A stretch of 64,000 bases of DNA from an uncultured Dehalococcoidales bacterium (GCA_964654015.1 CAZZHQ010000001.1:6455-70454); one strand, 5' to 3'. Positions 28,627 through 38,769 are shown, numbered from the stretch's first letter. A program made the numbers and translations. The notes: generated from the letters alone by a model not told the origin.

Positions 28627-29631
28627 CTAGCTGTCCAAAAATTTTGCCAGTTCGTCTCGCTCGAACCGTGGTAAATCCTTCGTGCCTGTTGCAGTGTGCA
28701 ACTTCACTCCATACTTTGCCTCGAAAACTTTACCTATTACAGTTGCTTTAATTCCTGCCCCAAGCAACTCCTCTAATAGTCTGGAAGTGTCAGAGGCAGG
28801 CAACGTAATAAGTAGAGCCCCGGAGGCCAATAACCCGAGAGGGTCAACTGAAATCCCTTCGCAAATAGTCCTGCATTCAGGAAGCAGGGGAATCTTTTCT
28901 TCTTCCACTAAAATGCCAACTTTGGCGGCCACGGCTATTTCCAAAAGCCCCGTAGCCAGACCTCCCTCTGTTGGATCATGCATTGAATGTACATTGACAG
29001 TTGAACAGGCAATCTGTGCCTCTCGTAGAACACTGATTCCAGGAGAAAAAAGATAGTCCGCCGCTCTGGCGACAACTTTATCACTAATTCCAGCAGAAAA
29101 AAGAGATTGTTTTGACTCCCGGGCAAGGACGGCAGTCCCTTCTATGGCAATCCCTTTGGTAAGTACGATATCATCGCCAACCATAGCTCCTGACGTGGAT
29201 ATAATAGGCCGCTGCCCAGTTTCTCCCAGCATACAGCCAACAACTATTGGTCTATTCAAATCAAAAACTGTCTCCGTGTGCCCTCCAACAGGGGTAATGC
29301 CCAGCGAGGCACATGCTGCAATAATCTGATTGAAAATAGCCTCGACCTCCTGTTCATTAAAGCTTTCAGGCAGGAGGACTGTAGACAGGAACCAGCGAGG
29401 GACTGCCCCCATAGTAGCTATATCATTGGCATTAACGTTCACCACGTACCAGCCAATCAGGTCAGTTGCGAATGTCACTGGATCTGTTTTTACCACCAGT
29501 ATCTTGCTGTCGAATTGAATCGCCGCAGCGTCTTCGCCGATGCGAGGACCCAGCAGAACACGTTCATCTTCTATTTTTATTTTTGCCAGCAGTTTTTCCA
29601 GTAATGCCGGTGACAGTTTGCCAATTTTCAA
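28627..29631 (-). CDS. AIR synthase-related (HypE/ThiL/PurM superfamily) protein
   Basis: 334 aa with GEDAAAI ... TDP ... NDIATMGA ... GGHTE, typical of the PurM-like ATP-binding fold. Confidence 0.7.
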   Translation of the reverse strand: MKIGKLSPALLEKLLAKIKIEDERVLLGPRIGEDAAAIQFDSKILVVKTDPVTFATDLIGWYVVNVNANDIATMGAVPRWFLSTVLLPESFNEQEVEAIFNQIIAACASLGITPVGGHTETVFDLNRPIVVGCMLGETGQRPIISTSGAMVGDDIVLTKGIAIEGTAVLARESKQSLFSAGISDKVVARAADYLFSPGISVLREAQIACSTVNVHSMHDPTEGGLATGLLEIAVAAKVGILVEEEKIPLLPECRTICEGISVDPLGLLASGALLITLPASDTSRLLEELLGAGIKATVIGKVFEAKYGVKLHTATGTKDLPRFERDELAKFLDS

Positions 29632-29792
29632 GAGCTTCCCCTTTCAAACCTTATTCAAACCTGTTCTGCCTAAATAGAGTACAAGCGAAATTTACTCCAG
29701 GTGCATAATACTGTCAATGGGACATACGCATTTCATTCTCCTCGAAATTACCTGTAAAATTACGTTAGTAATTACGGCGGAGGCAAGAAACA

Positions 29793-31499
29793 ATGATAGA
29801 GCCAGTGCTAGACCCCAGAGGAATTCAGGAAAGGCCCAATATCAGGCTAGCCCCCCGTCCTACCCTGGAACGATTACGCCAGGGGCCTGTCCTTTTCTAT
29901 GATAACGGCAAGTTATCATTCCGTAACTGCGGTGAGATTTTTGTACGAATTAAAGAGAACCTTGCTAAAGAAGGAATCAGCAATTTCCTCGATTACAGTG
30001 AGACGGTTCGAGGGAAAACCAACCAGGAATTAAAAGACTATGCCTCCATGCTGGCAGAGTCAAAACCAGTAGCAGCAGTGCTCGCCCTGGGTGATGTTGG
30101 AGTCAGCCCGGCAACAACCATAATAACCATCGCACTGGAAGAACTGGGAGTGCCAAGCGTGTATATAACCGCTCCTCCAGGAACAGATTTAGCCAGGGCA
30201 GTCGCTTTCTATCGAGCCGGTCAGCTCTGCCTTTGCCCTATAGATATATACCAGGGCAGCGCAATTGCGGATATCCATCGAGAGATTGACGGACAAATGC
30301 AATGTATACTGGAATCTCTCACGCTTCCCTCCGACGAAATAGGGAAAAGAGCCTGCCTTGATTTTAAACTTGATGCTGAAGCCCCGGCGAAAGATGGATT
30401 TCTGCGATTCAAAGGCAGCTTAAAACTTGATACAGGGGATATTTCCGAACCAGCAGCAGGTATGGAGGAGGTGATGGACCTTTTCGATTCACTCCACCTG
30501 GGAGATGGATTGCCCATCGTAGCACCAACACAGAGACGTTATGAACGCATGCTCTCCTTCTGCCCCTACGAGCCAGGCGAGGTTCTTGCTACCGAAATCG
30601 GCCCTACCGGGAAAGACATAACCATCAGGGACGTGGCGATAGCGGCTGTAATGGCAGGATGCAAACCAGGGTATATGCCAATCCTTGTAACCGCATTCAA
30701 AGCCCTGGCCAATCCGAAATATAATTTTCTTCAGTCTGTAACTACTTCCCACCCGGGAGGCAACCTGATTCTGGTCAGTGGCCCTCTGGCAGAGGAGTTA
30801 GGCATTCATGGCGGACAGGGCTGTCTTGGTCCCGGATTTACTGCCAATATGACCATCGGAAGGGCGGTGAATCTGGCTATTATTAATGTGTGCCGCGCGG
30901 TGCCAAATTATGCAGACCTGGCCTGTCTCTCCTCCTCAGCAGAGCTGAGCTATTGTTTTTCAGAAGACCCAGAGCTGAGTCCCTGGCCCACTATTAACGC
31001 CGAGCATTATAACTCTGAAACGACAACCGTGTACGTACTTAAGGCTGAGCCTCCTCACGACATAATCGACTTCTTGAGCCAAACGGCTGGTGATTTACTG
31101 GACACCCTGGTTGGCAGCTGCACTACTCTTGGCAGCAATAACTCCTATATCCCCGGTCCTCTCATTATAGTTATTACCAGAGACCATGCATGGCTTCTCA
31201 ATCGTGAAGGATGGGATAAAAACAAGATTCGAGAGCATATTCACGCCAGGGTCCACCACGAAGCACCCATGGTTCGGGGCAGGGGATTAGTCCCTGTCCG
31301 CCCTGCAGGTTTCAACGAGCTTCATCCCATTCCTGTTACCCGTTCGCCAAAGGATGTGGAGATAGTTGTAGCCGGTGGCCGTGGAGGACACTCATCGGTT
31401 ATTCTGCCCTGGGCACTACACAGTGAAGCTATCATCGAACCGGTCCTTCTTCCTGATGGCAAAGTACCGAAAGGTATTGCCGACTTCCAGCAGAAGTAA
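29793..31499 (+). CDS. conserved hypothetical protein (568 aa)
   Basis: Long ORF with a GGAGG SD and no family I can name. The GDGLPIV.PT ... AVMAGCKP ... motifs look like a conserved domain of unknown function. Confidence 0.6.
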   Translation: MIEPVLDPRGIQERPNIRLAPRPTLERLRQGPVLFYDNGKLSFRNCGEIFVRIKENLAKEGISNFLDYSETVRGKTNQELKDYASMLAESKPVAAVLALGDVGVSPATTIITIALEELGVPSVYITAPPGTDLARAVAFYRAGQLCLCPIDIYQGSAIADIHREIDGQMQCILESLTLPSDEIGKRACLDFKLDAEAPAKDGFLRFKGSLKLDTGDISEPAAGMEEVMDLFDSLHLGDGLPIVAPTQRRYERMLSFCPYEPGEVLATEIGPTGKDITIRDVAIAAVMAGCKPGYMPILVTAFKALANPKYNFLQSVTTSHPGGNLILVSGPLAEELGIHGGQGCLGPGFTANMTIGRAVNLAIINVCRAVPNYADLACLSSSAELSYCFSEDPELSPWPTINAEHYNSETTTVYVLKAEPPHDIIDFLSQTAGDLLDTLVGSCTTLGSNNSYIPGPLIIVITRDHAWLLNREGWDKNKIREHIHARVHHEAPMVRGRGLVPVRPAGFNELHPIPVTRSPKDVEIVVAGGRGGHSSVILPWALHSEAIIEPVLLPDGKVPKGIADFQQK

Positions 31500-31600
31500 T
31501 ATATTTTACTGTGATAAAGTATTAGTTTCCCTGTAGCGTAGAGAAGTAGCAGAAGGGCAATAATATAAAAAGGAATTATTACAGGCGAAGGAGGTTTTCC

Positions 31601-32764
31601 ATGTACGATTTATTAATCAAAGGCGGCAGGGTGACAGATCCTGCGCAGAAGGTTGATGGGGTTTTCGATGTTGCCATAAACGGACAGAAGATTGCCCTGG
31701 TTGCAAAGGACATCTCTCCAGCTGAAGGAAAGCAAGTCCTTAATGCTAAAGGGAAAATCGTTACCCCTGGGCTCATTGATTTGCACTGCCATATCTTTGA
31801 TAGCATCCATGGTATCAGCATCGAGCCTGATATTGCTGGAGTGAAGCAAGGAGTAACTACTGTTGCCGACGGGGGCAGCACAGGCCAGGCAACCTTCAGA
31901 GCATTCCTCAAATACATTATCCCTCCCTCTAAAAGCGCGGTTTTTTGTTTCCTCCACCTTTGCTCTTTAGGGCAACTGTTGACACCCGAGCTAAGAGACT
32001 GGGAAGGGATTGATCTCGATGCCATCAAAGCTGTTGTCAATTCAAATCGTGAAATAATCAAGGGAATCAAATTACGCCTGGTTGGCAATATCGTTGCCAG
32101 TGACGGACCCAAGGTGATAAAGATAACCAGAGAACTGGCACGAAGTCTTGGGTTACCAATGATGGTACATATTGGTGATCCAGAAGAGTTGGTCCCTCCA
32201 GAGCTAACCCAGGAATTGCTAGGTGTCATGGACGCTGGCGATATCCTGACTCATGTTTTCACCTCCAAACAAGGCGGTATCCTGCGCCCTGATGGCACTA
32301 TTTTGCCAGAACTGAGAGAGGCCATGGATAGAGGGATAGTCATGGAAGTTGCCCATGGGAGAAATAATTTTAGCTTTGCTGTAGCCAGAAAATGTATGGA
32401 CCAGGGTATTTTACCAACGGTTTTAAGTACGGACATTAACACCCTGTGTCTTAATGGGCCAGTATTCGGCCTGGCAGCGGTCATGTCCAAGTTCATGGCG
32501 CTTGGATTAAGCCTGGGTGAAGTGATAAAAATGAGCACCATTAATCCAGCGCGTGCCCTGGGTATTGATAATAGAGCAGGAAGTCTCCAGTGCGGTATGG
32601 ATGCAGACGTATCCATACTAGAGTTGAATTCCGGTAAATGGGAGATGGAGGATTCCATAGGCCAAACCATGCTCGCAACCAGTTTATTAACTCCCAGGAT
32701 GACTATCAAATCAGGACTGGTAATTCCTGCAGAACCTGCTGCCTGGCCTCAGCCTGTAAAATAA
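31601..32764 (+). CDS. amidohydrolase/deacetylase family metallohydrolase
   Basis: YDLLIKGGRVTDP ... GLIDLHCHIF (HxH metal motif). 387 aa with a GAAGGAGG SD. Confidence 0.8.
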   Translation: MYDLLIKGGRVTDPAQKVDGVFDVAINGQKIALVAKDISPAEGKQVLNAKGKIVTPGLIDLHCHIFDSIHGISIEPDIAGVKQGVTTVADGGSTGQATFRAFLKYIIPPSKSAVFCFLHLCSLGQLLTPELRDWEGIDLDAIKAVVNSNREIIKGIKLRLVGNIVASDGPKVIKITRELARSLGLPMMVHIGDPEELVPPELTQELLGVMDAGDILTHVFTSKQGGILRPDGTILPELREAMDRGIVMEVAHGRNNFSFAVARKCMDQGILPTVLSTDINTLCLNGPVFGLAAVMSKFMALGLSLGEVIKMSTINPARALGIDNRAGSLQCGMDADVSILELNSGKWEMEDSIGQTMLATSLLTPRMTIKSGLVIPAEPAAWPQPVK

Positions 32765-32923
32765 AGAACCCGCTACCAATATCAACATGGGACGAAAGAG
32801 GGACTATGTTGAGTACCAGCTTTATGGTCTTGCCAATGCTAGCCGGCAATGCTATATTTTAAGGGAATAAAGGAACTAACTCCATATTAAAAATAACCAC
32901 TCTTTATCTTAGAAAGGAGATTC

Positions 32924-33622
32924 ATGAGCGTATTTGATCAAGTCACCACTTTGACCTTTGATTGTTTTGGCACCATTCTTAATCTGCGAGGCAGCCTTAG
33001 TGGTCCCCTGGATAAATTCCTGCAGACGAAAGGCGTTTCCATCAATGGAGATGAGATGTGGACCCGCTGGCGGTACCGCCAGCGTATAGAGCAATATCAG
33101 GATAATCTTATAATGATGGGGCACTCTGGCTACCTTGAGGTGGCACGCAAAGCACTGGTTTATGTTTTGAGACAATCCTCTGTCCCCTTTACCGAAGAAG
33201 AGATTAAGGAAGTTATGGAAGCATGGCAATTTCTTTCTCCTTTCCCGGAGGCTGTCGATGGTCTAAAGAAATTGAAAAAGCGTTTCCGCCTTGTTGTCTT
33301 ATCAAACGGAAACAGGTGGTTCCTGGATCATCTGGTCAAAAACCGTATTAAATATGATTTCGATGAGATCATTTCAGTTGAGGAAGTGGGGAATTTCAAA
33401 CCACATCCTTCAGTTTATCGAGCTACTCAAAGAATCCTTGGGGCAGAGCCATTCCACCTGGGTATGGTTTCAGCCAACACCTTTGATGTAATGGGAGCTC
33501 GCGCTTCCGGCTATCGAGGTATCTGGGTTGACCGTTACAATCTACCCTATGAAGAGACTCCTTATCGCCCGGATCTCCACATACACGATTTCACCGAGAT
33601 GGCGGATGCTCTTGTTCCATGA
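32924..33622 (+). CDS. HAD superfamily hydrolase, haloacid dehalogenase type II-like
   Basis: FDCFGTIL nucleophile motif, VLSNGN, KPHPSVY. 232 aa. Confidence 0.75.
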   Translation: MSVFDQVTTLTFDCFGTILNLRGSLSGPLDKFLQTKGVSINGDEMWTRWRYRQRIEQYQDNLIMMGHSGYLEVARKALVYVLRQSSVPFTEEEIKEVMEAWQFLSPFPEAVDGLKKLKKRFRLVVLSNGNRWFLDHLVKNRIKYDFDEIISVEEVGNFKPHPSVYRATQRILGAEPFHLGMVSANTFDVMGARASGYRGIWVDRYNLPYEETPYRPDLHIHDFTEMADALVP

Positions 33623-33667
33623 AGACTTTGCAACAGAACCGCTTTTCGTAAGAGAGTTCTATCTGTT

Positions 33668-34924
33668 TTAGTTTCCAAGTAGCAGAGTTCCTTCGTTGCT
33701 GAAGCACATTTCGTATGCCTCGTCTTCGATTTCCCAATCTGGCTGGCTTTTAAGCTCTGTAGCCAGCGATTGTGAGATATAAATTTTATCCAGATGCAGG
33801 GTGTTCTTTATTTTCACCACCCTGGCATCCTGAGGCTCGACAGCCCCTATTGTCTGAAATGCCCATTCAATAGCCTCTCTGTCCGTCTCCCCTGTTGGAG
33901 GGACACGTCCTTTCTCCGGAGTCATGGCAGTAAAGCAGTTGACATAGGTAACCTTAAAATCAATCTTATTTACCAATCGGCGGGTAACAAAGTCAGCGAG
34001 GCCCATCCCTAAAGCACTGCCACATGTCTTATCGGTTAGGTCAAGCACCACTATCCTGATTATTTTAGGCCATTCTGGCTCAGGACCACCAACAAACATA
34101 ACCCTGCCAATAATATTGGTGTCAATTCCGGTTCCGCTTATTTCCTTTCCCATCTCGTCAACAATCAGGATATCCATCTTTTCGAAAGGAAGCCTGGGCA
34201 GAAATTCCTTGGCCTTCTTTAACAAGGATTTATCTGTTTCTTCAAATAAATCCGGCTTCACGGCAGCAACTATAGCTGTCTTGTCATACGCATTTTCCAC
34301 TACCCCTAACCCAAATAATATCGGTGCTTCTTTCAAGATATGTTTACCTACAGCGGGGATAGCGATTTGATAGCCCAATTGAACCGCATAACTGTGGGTA
34401 GTATATCCACCCTTATGTTTACCCAATCCAATGGCCATCATCTTCAACAGGCCACTCTCAATCTCTCCCTTATACTCTGTATGCGGTTTTATCCTGTTTA
34501 CCACAACAATTCCATCGGCACTAGCAGCAACTTTATCGATATAAACAGGGATGCCTTCAGGGGTATGTCCCAACTGTACAACTTCCATCTGAGAGATGAT
34601 GGGGCATTCCATCGTTTCTTCGGTTATTCCAAGGGCATTTAGTATGCCGAGCTGCCCCTCCGCTGTGGCTCCTCCATGACTTCCCATTGCAGGAATGACA
34701 AACGGGTCAGCTCCATATCTCTTCAATTCGGAAACAACTGTGGCCAATATGAGCACATTGTCGGTTATCCCCCGGCTTCCTGCTGTTACGGCCACTTTCA
34801 TCCCCGGGCGAACCCCGGTGCGCAAATTCAGTTTCTGCATCTCTGCGACAATTGCCTGCCTGACATCCCCTATCCTGGGACTTTCCCGTTTCCGCTCAGC
34901 AAGGAACATTCTGGGGAATTTCAT
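33668..34924 (-). CDS. LarA-like/DUF2088 domain protein (second paralog)
   Basis: 418 aa. VAVTAGSRGI ... PAMGSHGGATAEGQ pattern recalled from lactate-racemase-domain proteins. Confidence 0.5.
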   Translation of the reverse strand: MKFPRMFLAERKRESPRIGDVRQAIVAEMQKLNLRTGVRPGMKVAVTAGSRGITDNVLILATVVSELKRYGADPFVIPAMGSHGGATAEGQLGILNALGITEETMECPIISQMEVVQLGHTPEGIPVYIDKVAASADGIVVVNRIKPHTEYKGEIESGLLKMMAIGLGKHKGGYTTHSYAVQLGYQIAIPAVGKHILKEAPILFGLGVVENAYDKTAIVAAVKPDLFEETDKSLLKKAKEFLPRLPFEKMDILIVDEMGKEISGTGIDTNIIGRVMFVGGPEPEWPKIIRIVVLDLTDKTCGSALGMGLADFVTRRLVNKIDFKVTYVNCFTAMTPEKGRVPPTGETDREAIEWAFQTIGAVEPQDARVVKIKNTLHLDKIYISQSLATELKSQPDWEIEDEAYEMCFSNEGTLLLGN

Positions 34925-34990
34925 AAGGGAACACCTCCGTTATTTAAGTCTCGATAAACCATGTTTCACCTGATTAACTACCAATAACAA

Positions 34991-36187
34991 CTACAAGCTG
35001 CTCACTGCCTCCTCTATTCTAAACAGCGCTTCTGACAGAGTACTACGAGGGCAGGCGATATTAATTCGCTGAAATCCTGATCCTGAAGGCCCAAAAAGAT
35101 AGCCATCATCGAGGCCAACCCTGGCTTTCTCTCTCATAAAGCTCCTGAGTCCTGCATCGCCCAATCCCAGTTTCCGGCAATCCAGCCAGATCAAATAGGT
35201 GCCTTCTGGTTTGATGACTTCGATTTTCGAAATCTTCTGTTCGAAATATGCCATTAAATAATCAAGATTACCCTGCAGGTACTCCAGGAGCTGCCCCAGC
35301 CATTCATCGCCATAGCGATAAGCCGCTTCCATCGCGGTCAGTCCGAACAGGTTCACCCTGGTTACAATGCCATGCCTGGCTGCATTAAATCGGAGCCGGA
35401 GCTCCTCATTGGGAATGATTATGATAGAGGCATTCAAACCCGCCAGATTGAAAGTCTTGCTTGGCGCCATACACAGCACGGAATGCTGTTCAAATTCCTT
35501 TGATATTGAAGCGAAGGGAATGTGTTTAGCGCCTTTGAAGAGAAGTTCACAATGAATCTCATCCGATAGCATCAGCGCTCCTCCTTCGATGACGATTTCC
35601 CCCATCTGTACCAGTTCGTCCCTGGTCCATACCCGCCCTACCGGGTTATGAGGGTTACAGAGTATCATCATCCTGGCACGTGAGGCAGTCGGAGACATTC
35701 CATCTTTAGGCGCAAACTTGCTCTTGAGGTCATTGTAATCAATCTCATAATGCATATCCAGTAGTTTTAGCTGGTTATTGGCCACCTGGCATCCACAGTC
35801 ATGGAGCGCTGACCAGAATGGATAGTAGACAGGACCCTGGATGATGATGTCATCACCGGGATGAGTAAATGCCCGAATAGCAGCATGTATTGAGGGAATA
35901 ACACCCGGGGTGAACACAATCCACTCTGGATTGATGCTCCAACCATATTTTTGCTGTATCCTGTCTACGATAGCCCCAGTGACTGACTTTTCTGGAAGTG
36001 TATAGCCAAATACCTGATGCCCTGCCCTCTCTATAATGGCATCTATGATCGGTTTAGCTGATGGAAAATCCATATCCGCCACCCACATTGGCAGAATGTC
36101 TTCCTCTCCAAACAGAGAGCTCACTGTATCCCATTTCATGGAAGCAGTGCCTTTCCTGTTTACAACCCTATCAAAATCGTATTTCAT
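34991..36187 (-). CDS. MalY/PatB family PLP-dependent C-S lyase (cystathionine beta-lyase-like)
   Basis: KYDFDRVVNRKGTASMKWD N-terminus and PLP lysine motif APSKTFNLAGL. Confidence 0.85.
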   Translation of the reverse strand: MKYDFDRVVNRKGTASMKWDTVSSLFGEEDILPMWVADMDFPSAKPIIDAIIERAGHQVFGYTLPEKSVTGAIVDRIQQKYGWSINPEWIVFTPGVIPSIHAAIRAFTHPGDDIIIQGPVYYPFWSALHDCGCQVANNQLKLLDMHYEIDYNDLKSKFAPKDGMSPTASRARMMILCNPHNPVGRVWTRDELVQMGEIVIEGGALMLSDEIHCELLFKGAKHIPFASISKEFEQHSVLCMAPSKTFNLAGLNASIIIIPNEELRLRFNAARHGIVTRVNLFGLTAMEAAYRYGDEWLGQLLEYLQGNLDYLMAYFEQKISKIEVIKPEGTYLIWLDCRKLGLGDAGLRSFMREKARVGLDDGYLFGPSGSGFQRINIACPRSTLSEALFRIEEAVSSL

Positions 36188-36209
36188 AGGCTACTCTCTC
36201 CCAACACCA

Positions 36210-37103
36210 TCAAAGAAGAGGCAAGTCTTCAGTATCAGCGGTTATGGCTTTATATAAGTCAGGTCTGCGGTCCCTGAGCACGGAAGTAGTCTGTCGCAAA
36301 TGTATCAGCTTCCCTCTATCCAGTTCACAATGGATAACCCCTTCACAGTCTCCAATGGAAACTATCACCTCTCCCCAGGGATCGACGACACGTGACTCCC
36401 CAATGATAACGGCATCCTTTTCCTGACCTACATGGTTGCATGCCGCCAGATATACCTGGTTTTCGATTGCTCTTTGAGCTGTTTTCAGATCCCACTGGCG
36501 AAGCCAGCCTTCCTTATTCATTGCTTCGACACCGGTGTTCTCGGGCAAACTACTTGCAGCAGGTGACAGGTAGTTGACCGCTTCACAGAAAGGGACGACG
36601 AGCAACTCTGCTCCATTCAACATCGCGCACCGTGCCGCCTCGGGGAAATTAAGGTCATAACAGATAACAACTCCTACTTTCCAGCCACACACATTAAAGA
36701 CCGGAAACTTGGAGCCATAACGATAATATATTCTCTCCAAGCTACGGTTCCCTGGAGGGTGCGTTTTACGATATTTACCAGCTATCCGTCCCTGGGGACT
36801 TACAAGCATGGCAGTATCGTAATATATGGCAGGCATTTGTTCTTCATAAATAGTGGCAAGGATATAGGCACTGTGCTGGCGTGCCTTGTCCTTGATTCTG
36901 GTCATGGTATAGCCATCATCTTTCTCTGCCATCTGTACGTATTTATAATCCCGGTACATGGCGAAGTAGAAATAATTAAAGAACTCTGGCAGGACTATCA
37001 GATCTGGCTTTTCTTTAGCCGCTTCGTCAATAAAATTGCATGCTTTCTCAACATTGGCATCTCGGTCGTCACCGGCATTCATTTGAATAAGGCTGAGTTT
37101 CAT
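36210..37103 (-). CDS. carbon-nitrogen hydrolase (nitrilase superfamily)
   Basis: E-K-C triad context: LPEFF, YRKTHP, VVICYDLNFPE. Confidence 0.8.
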   Translation of the reverse strand: MKLSLIQMNAGDDRDANVEKACNFIDEAAKEKPDLIVLPEFFNYFYFAMYRDYKYVQMAEKDDGYTMTRIKDKARQHSAYILATIYEEQMPAIYYDTAMLVSPQGRIAGKYRKTHPPGNRSLERIYYRYGSKFPVFNVCGWKVGVVICYDLNFPEAARCAMLNGAELLVVPFCEAVNYLSPAASSLPENTGVEAMNKEGWLRQWDLKTAQRAIENQVYLAACNHVGQEKDAVIIGESRVVDPWGEVIVSIGDCEGVIHCELDRGKLIHLRQTTSVLRDRRPDLYKAITADTEDLPLL

Positions 37104-37202
37104 AGCAGAGTCCCTCCCTAAATGAGTGATGCCTAATTCTAGCAGGGTAAACAGGCACCTTCAATGCAGTATCTTTAGAGGATACTCTATGGGTTTACTC
37201 TA

Positions 37203-38411
37203 CTAGCTATTGAATGCATATTGTTGTTTCCGTACTAAAGGACGTTGTAATTGACGTGGAAAGCGGCTTTTCCCAATGTTTGGCGCAGGCACAGAGTAAT
37301 CAAAGCCTTGCATCGTCTGCCGCTCCAGTGTCTCATTAAGCACGCGCTCCAGGGCATTCACCATAGTCAGGTCCGCATCAGTTATTAAAGTTATTGCATC
37401 TCCGGTTTTATTAACCCTTCCTGTACGGCCAATACGGTGAGTGTAAGCATCTACGTTCTCAGGCATGTCATAGTTAATGACGTGTGAAATACACGAAACA
37501 TCGATGCCACGGGCGGCAATATCTGTCGCTACCAGGATTTTAAACGAGCCCATACGAAAGCCATCAATTGCTGCCTGGCGTCTTTGTTGAGACAGGTTTC
37601 CTTGCAGTGAGATTGCACTGAATCCCTCTTTCTTCAAGTGCTGTGCGACACGCTCGGCACGATGTTTGGTACGAGTAAAAACAAGTACTGACTCCGTTTT
37701 AGTATGATTTAAGAGTTTCACCAGCAGTGCAGTTTTGAGATGCTGCTTAACTGGATACAGCGCATGTGACACTGTGGTTGCCGGTACTGTGCGGCCTATT
37801 TGTACCGTGACCGGGTTATGCAGGAATTCTTTGACCAGGTGCCGGATGTCATCAGGCATGGTAGCCGAAAAAAGTAGCGTCTGATGCTGTTTTAAGATGC
37901 ATTTCATAATACTCCTGATATCTGGTAGAAAACCCATATCCAGCATCCTGTCCGCCTCGTCAATTACAAGAACTTCCAGATTGGATAAATCGATAGTACC
38001 TTTCCAGAGGTGGTCAAGCAATCGGCCTGGACAGGCAACCGCTATTTCCACTCCATTGCGCAGCCTCTGGATTTGTTGTTCTATGCTCACTCCCCCATAG
38101 ATGGGAATGCTTTGCAACCTGGTTTGCCGTCCCAATTCACTGAAAAACTCGCATGTTTGCACGGTCAATTCCCGTGTGGGAGAGATGATGACAGCTCCTA
38201 CCTGGCCTTTGGGACGCTGCAGCAGGCGCTGCAAAATTGGCAGCACAAAAGCAGCGGTTTTACCAGTTCCCGTCTGGGCCAGGCCAATAACATCATGGCC
38301 CTTCATGATAGTAGGGATTGCTTTACGCTGGATGGCCGTGGGCGTGGTATAACCTTGTGCCTGAACGCCAGCCATAATACTTGGATTAAGATTGAATGAT
38401 TCGAAACTCAC
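37203..38411 (-). CDS. DEAD-box ATP-dependent RNA helicase
   Basis: Q motif (TPTAIQ), AQTGTGKT, PTRELT, DEAD (VIDEADRMLD), SAT, HRIGRTGR. Confidence 0.95.
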   Translation of the reverse strand: MSFESFNLNPSIMAGVQAQGYTTPTAIQRKAIPTIMKGHDVIGLAQTGTGKTAAFVLPILQRLLQRPKGQVGAVIISPTRELTVQTCEFFSELGRQTRLQSIPIYGGVSIEQQIQRLRNGVEIAVACPGRLLDHLWKGTIDLSNLEVLVIDEADRMLDMGFLPDIRSIMKCILKQHQTLLFSATMPDDIRHLVKEFLHNPVTVQIGRTVPATTVSHALYPVKQHLKTALLVKLLNHTKTESVLVFTRTKHRAERVAQHLKKEGFSAISLQGNLSQQRRQAAIDGFRMGSFKILVATDIAARGIDVSCISHVINYDMPENVDAYTHRIGRTGRVNKTGDAITLITDADLTMVNALERVLNETLERQTMQGFDYSVPAPNIGKSRFPRQLQRPLVRKQQYAFNS

Positions 38412-38687
38412 TAATGCTCCTTATATGTGTAAATATATATACAAATTTGTTTTAGATGATTTGGCCTATTCATATAGTAAACTGGTCTCCATTTGTAGTA
38501 AAAAGAATGTTTCTTTTTCTAGAAAGGCCTTTTTCAGAAAGCTATTATTTTTATGCATCCTGGTGATACAGCCCGCCATGAAAGTCTTTCTGCGCCAATC
38601 TCTCCCCTATTTTTCTCTAGAGGCAGCTTGCCCACATAGACTTGCATATTACGCAATTACTGCGAAGATGGTTGCGTCACAAAGACC

Positions 38688-38723
38688 ACAACCTAAGAGT
38701 GGCAACAGCCATTCTTAGGTTGT
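38688..38723 (-). terminator. hairpin downstream of the RRM gene
   Basis: Perfect 11-bp stem acaacctaaga/tcttaggttgt with a 14-nt loop, 47 nt past the stop. On the minus strand it is followed by GGUCUUUGUG, a weak U tract. Confidence 0.4.
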
Positions 38724-38769
38724 AAAAATATCAGTATAACTATTTAATTCAGGTCGAAGGGAAGACAGA

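Noticed and set aside
31579-32229. Long antisense ORFs in the track (for example 31579-32229, 56841-57500, 47814-48323, 39995-40513, 18228-18662, 20408-20851)
   Set aside because: Each lies entirely opposite a gene with clear family motifs. Their composition is Ser/Pro/Arg/Cys-rich and low in complexity, they have no SD and they show no recognisable domains. These are shadow ORFs.
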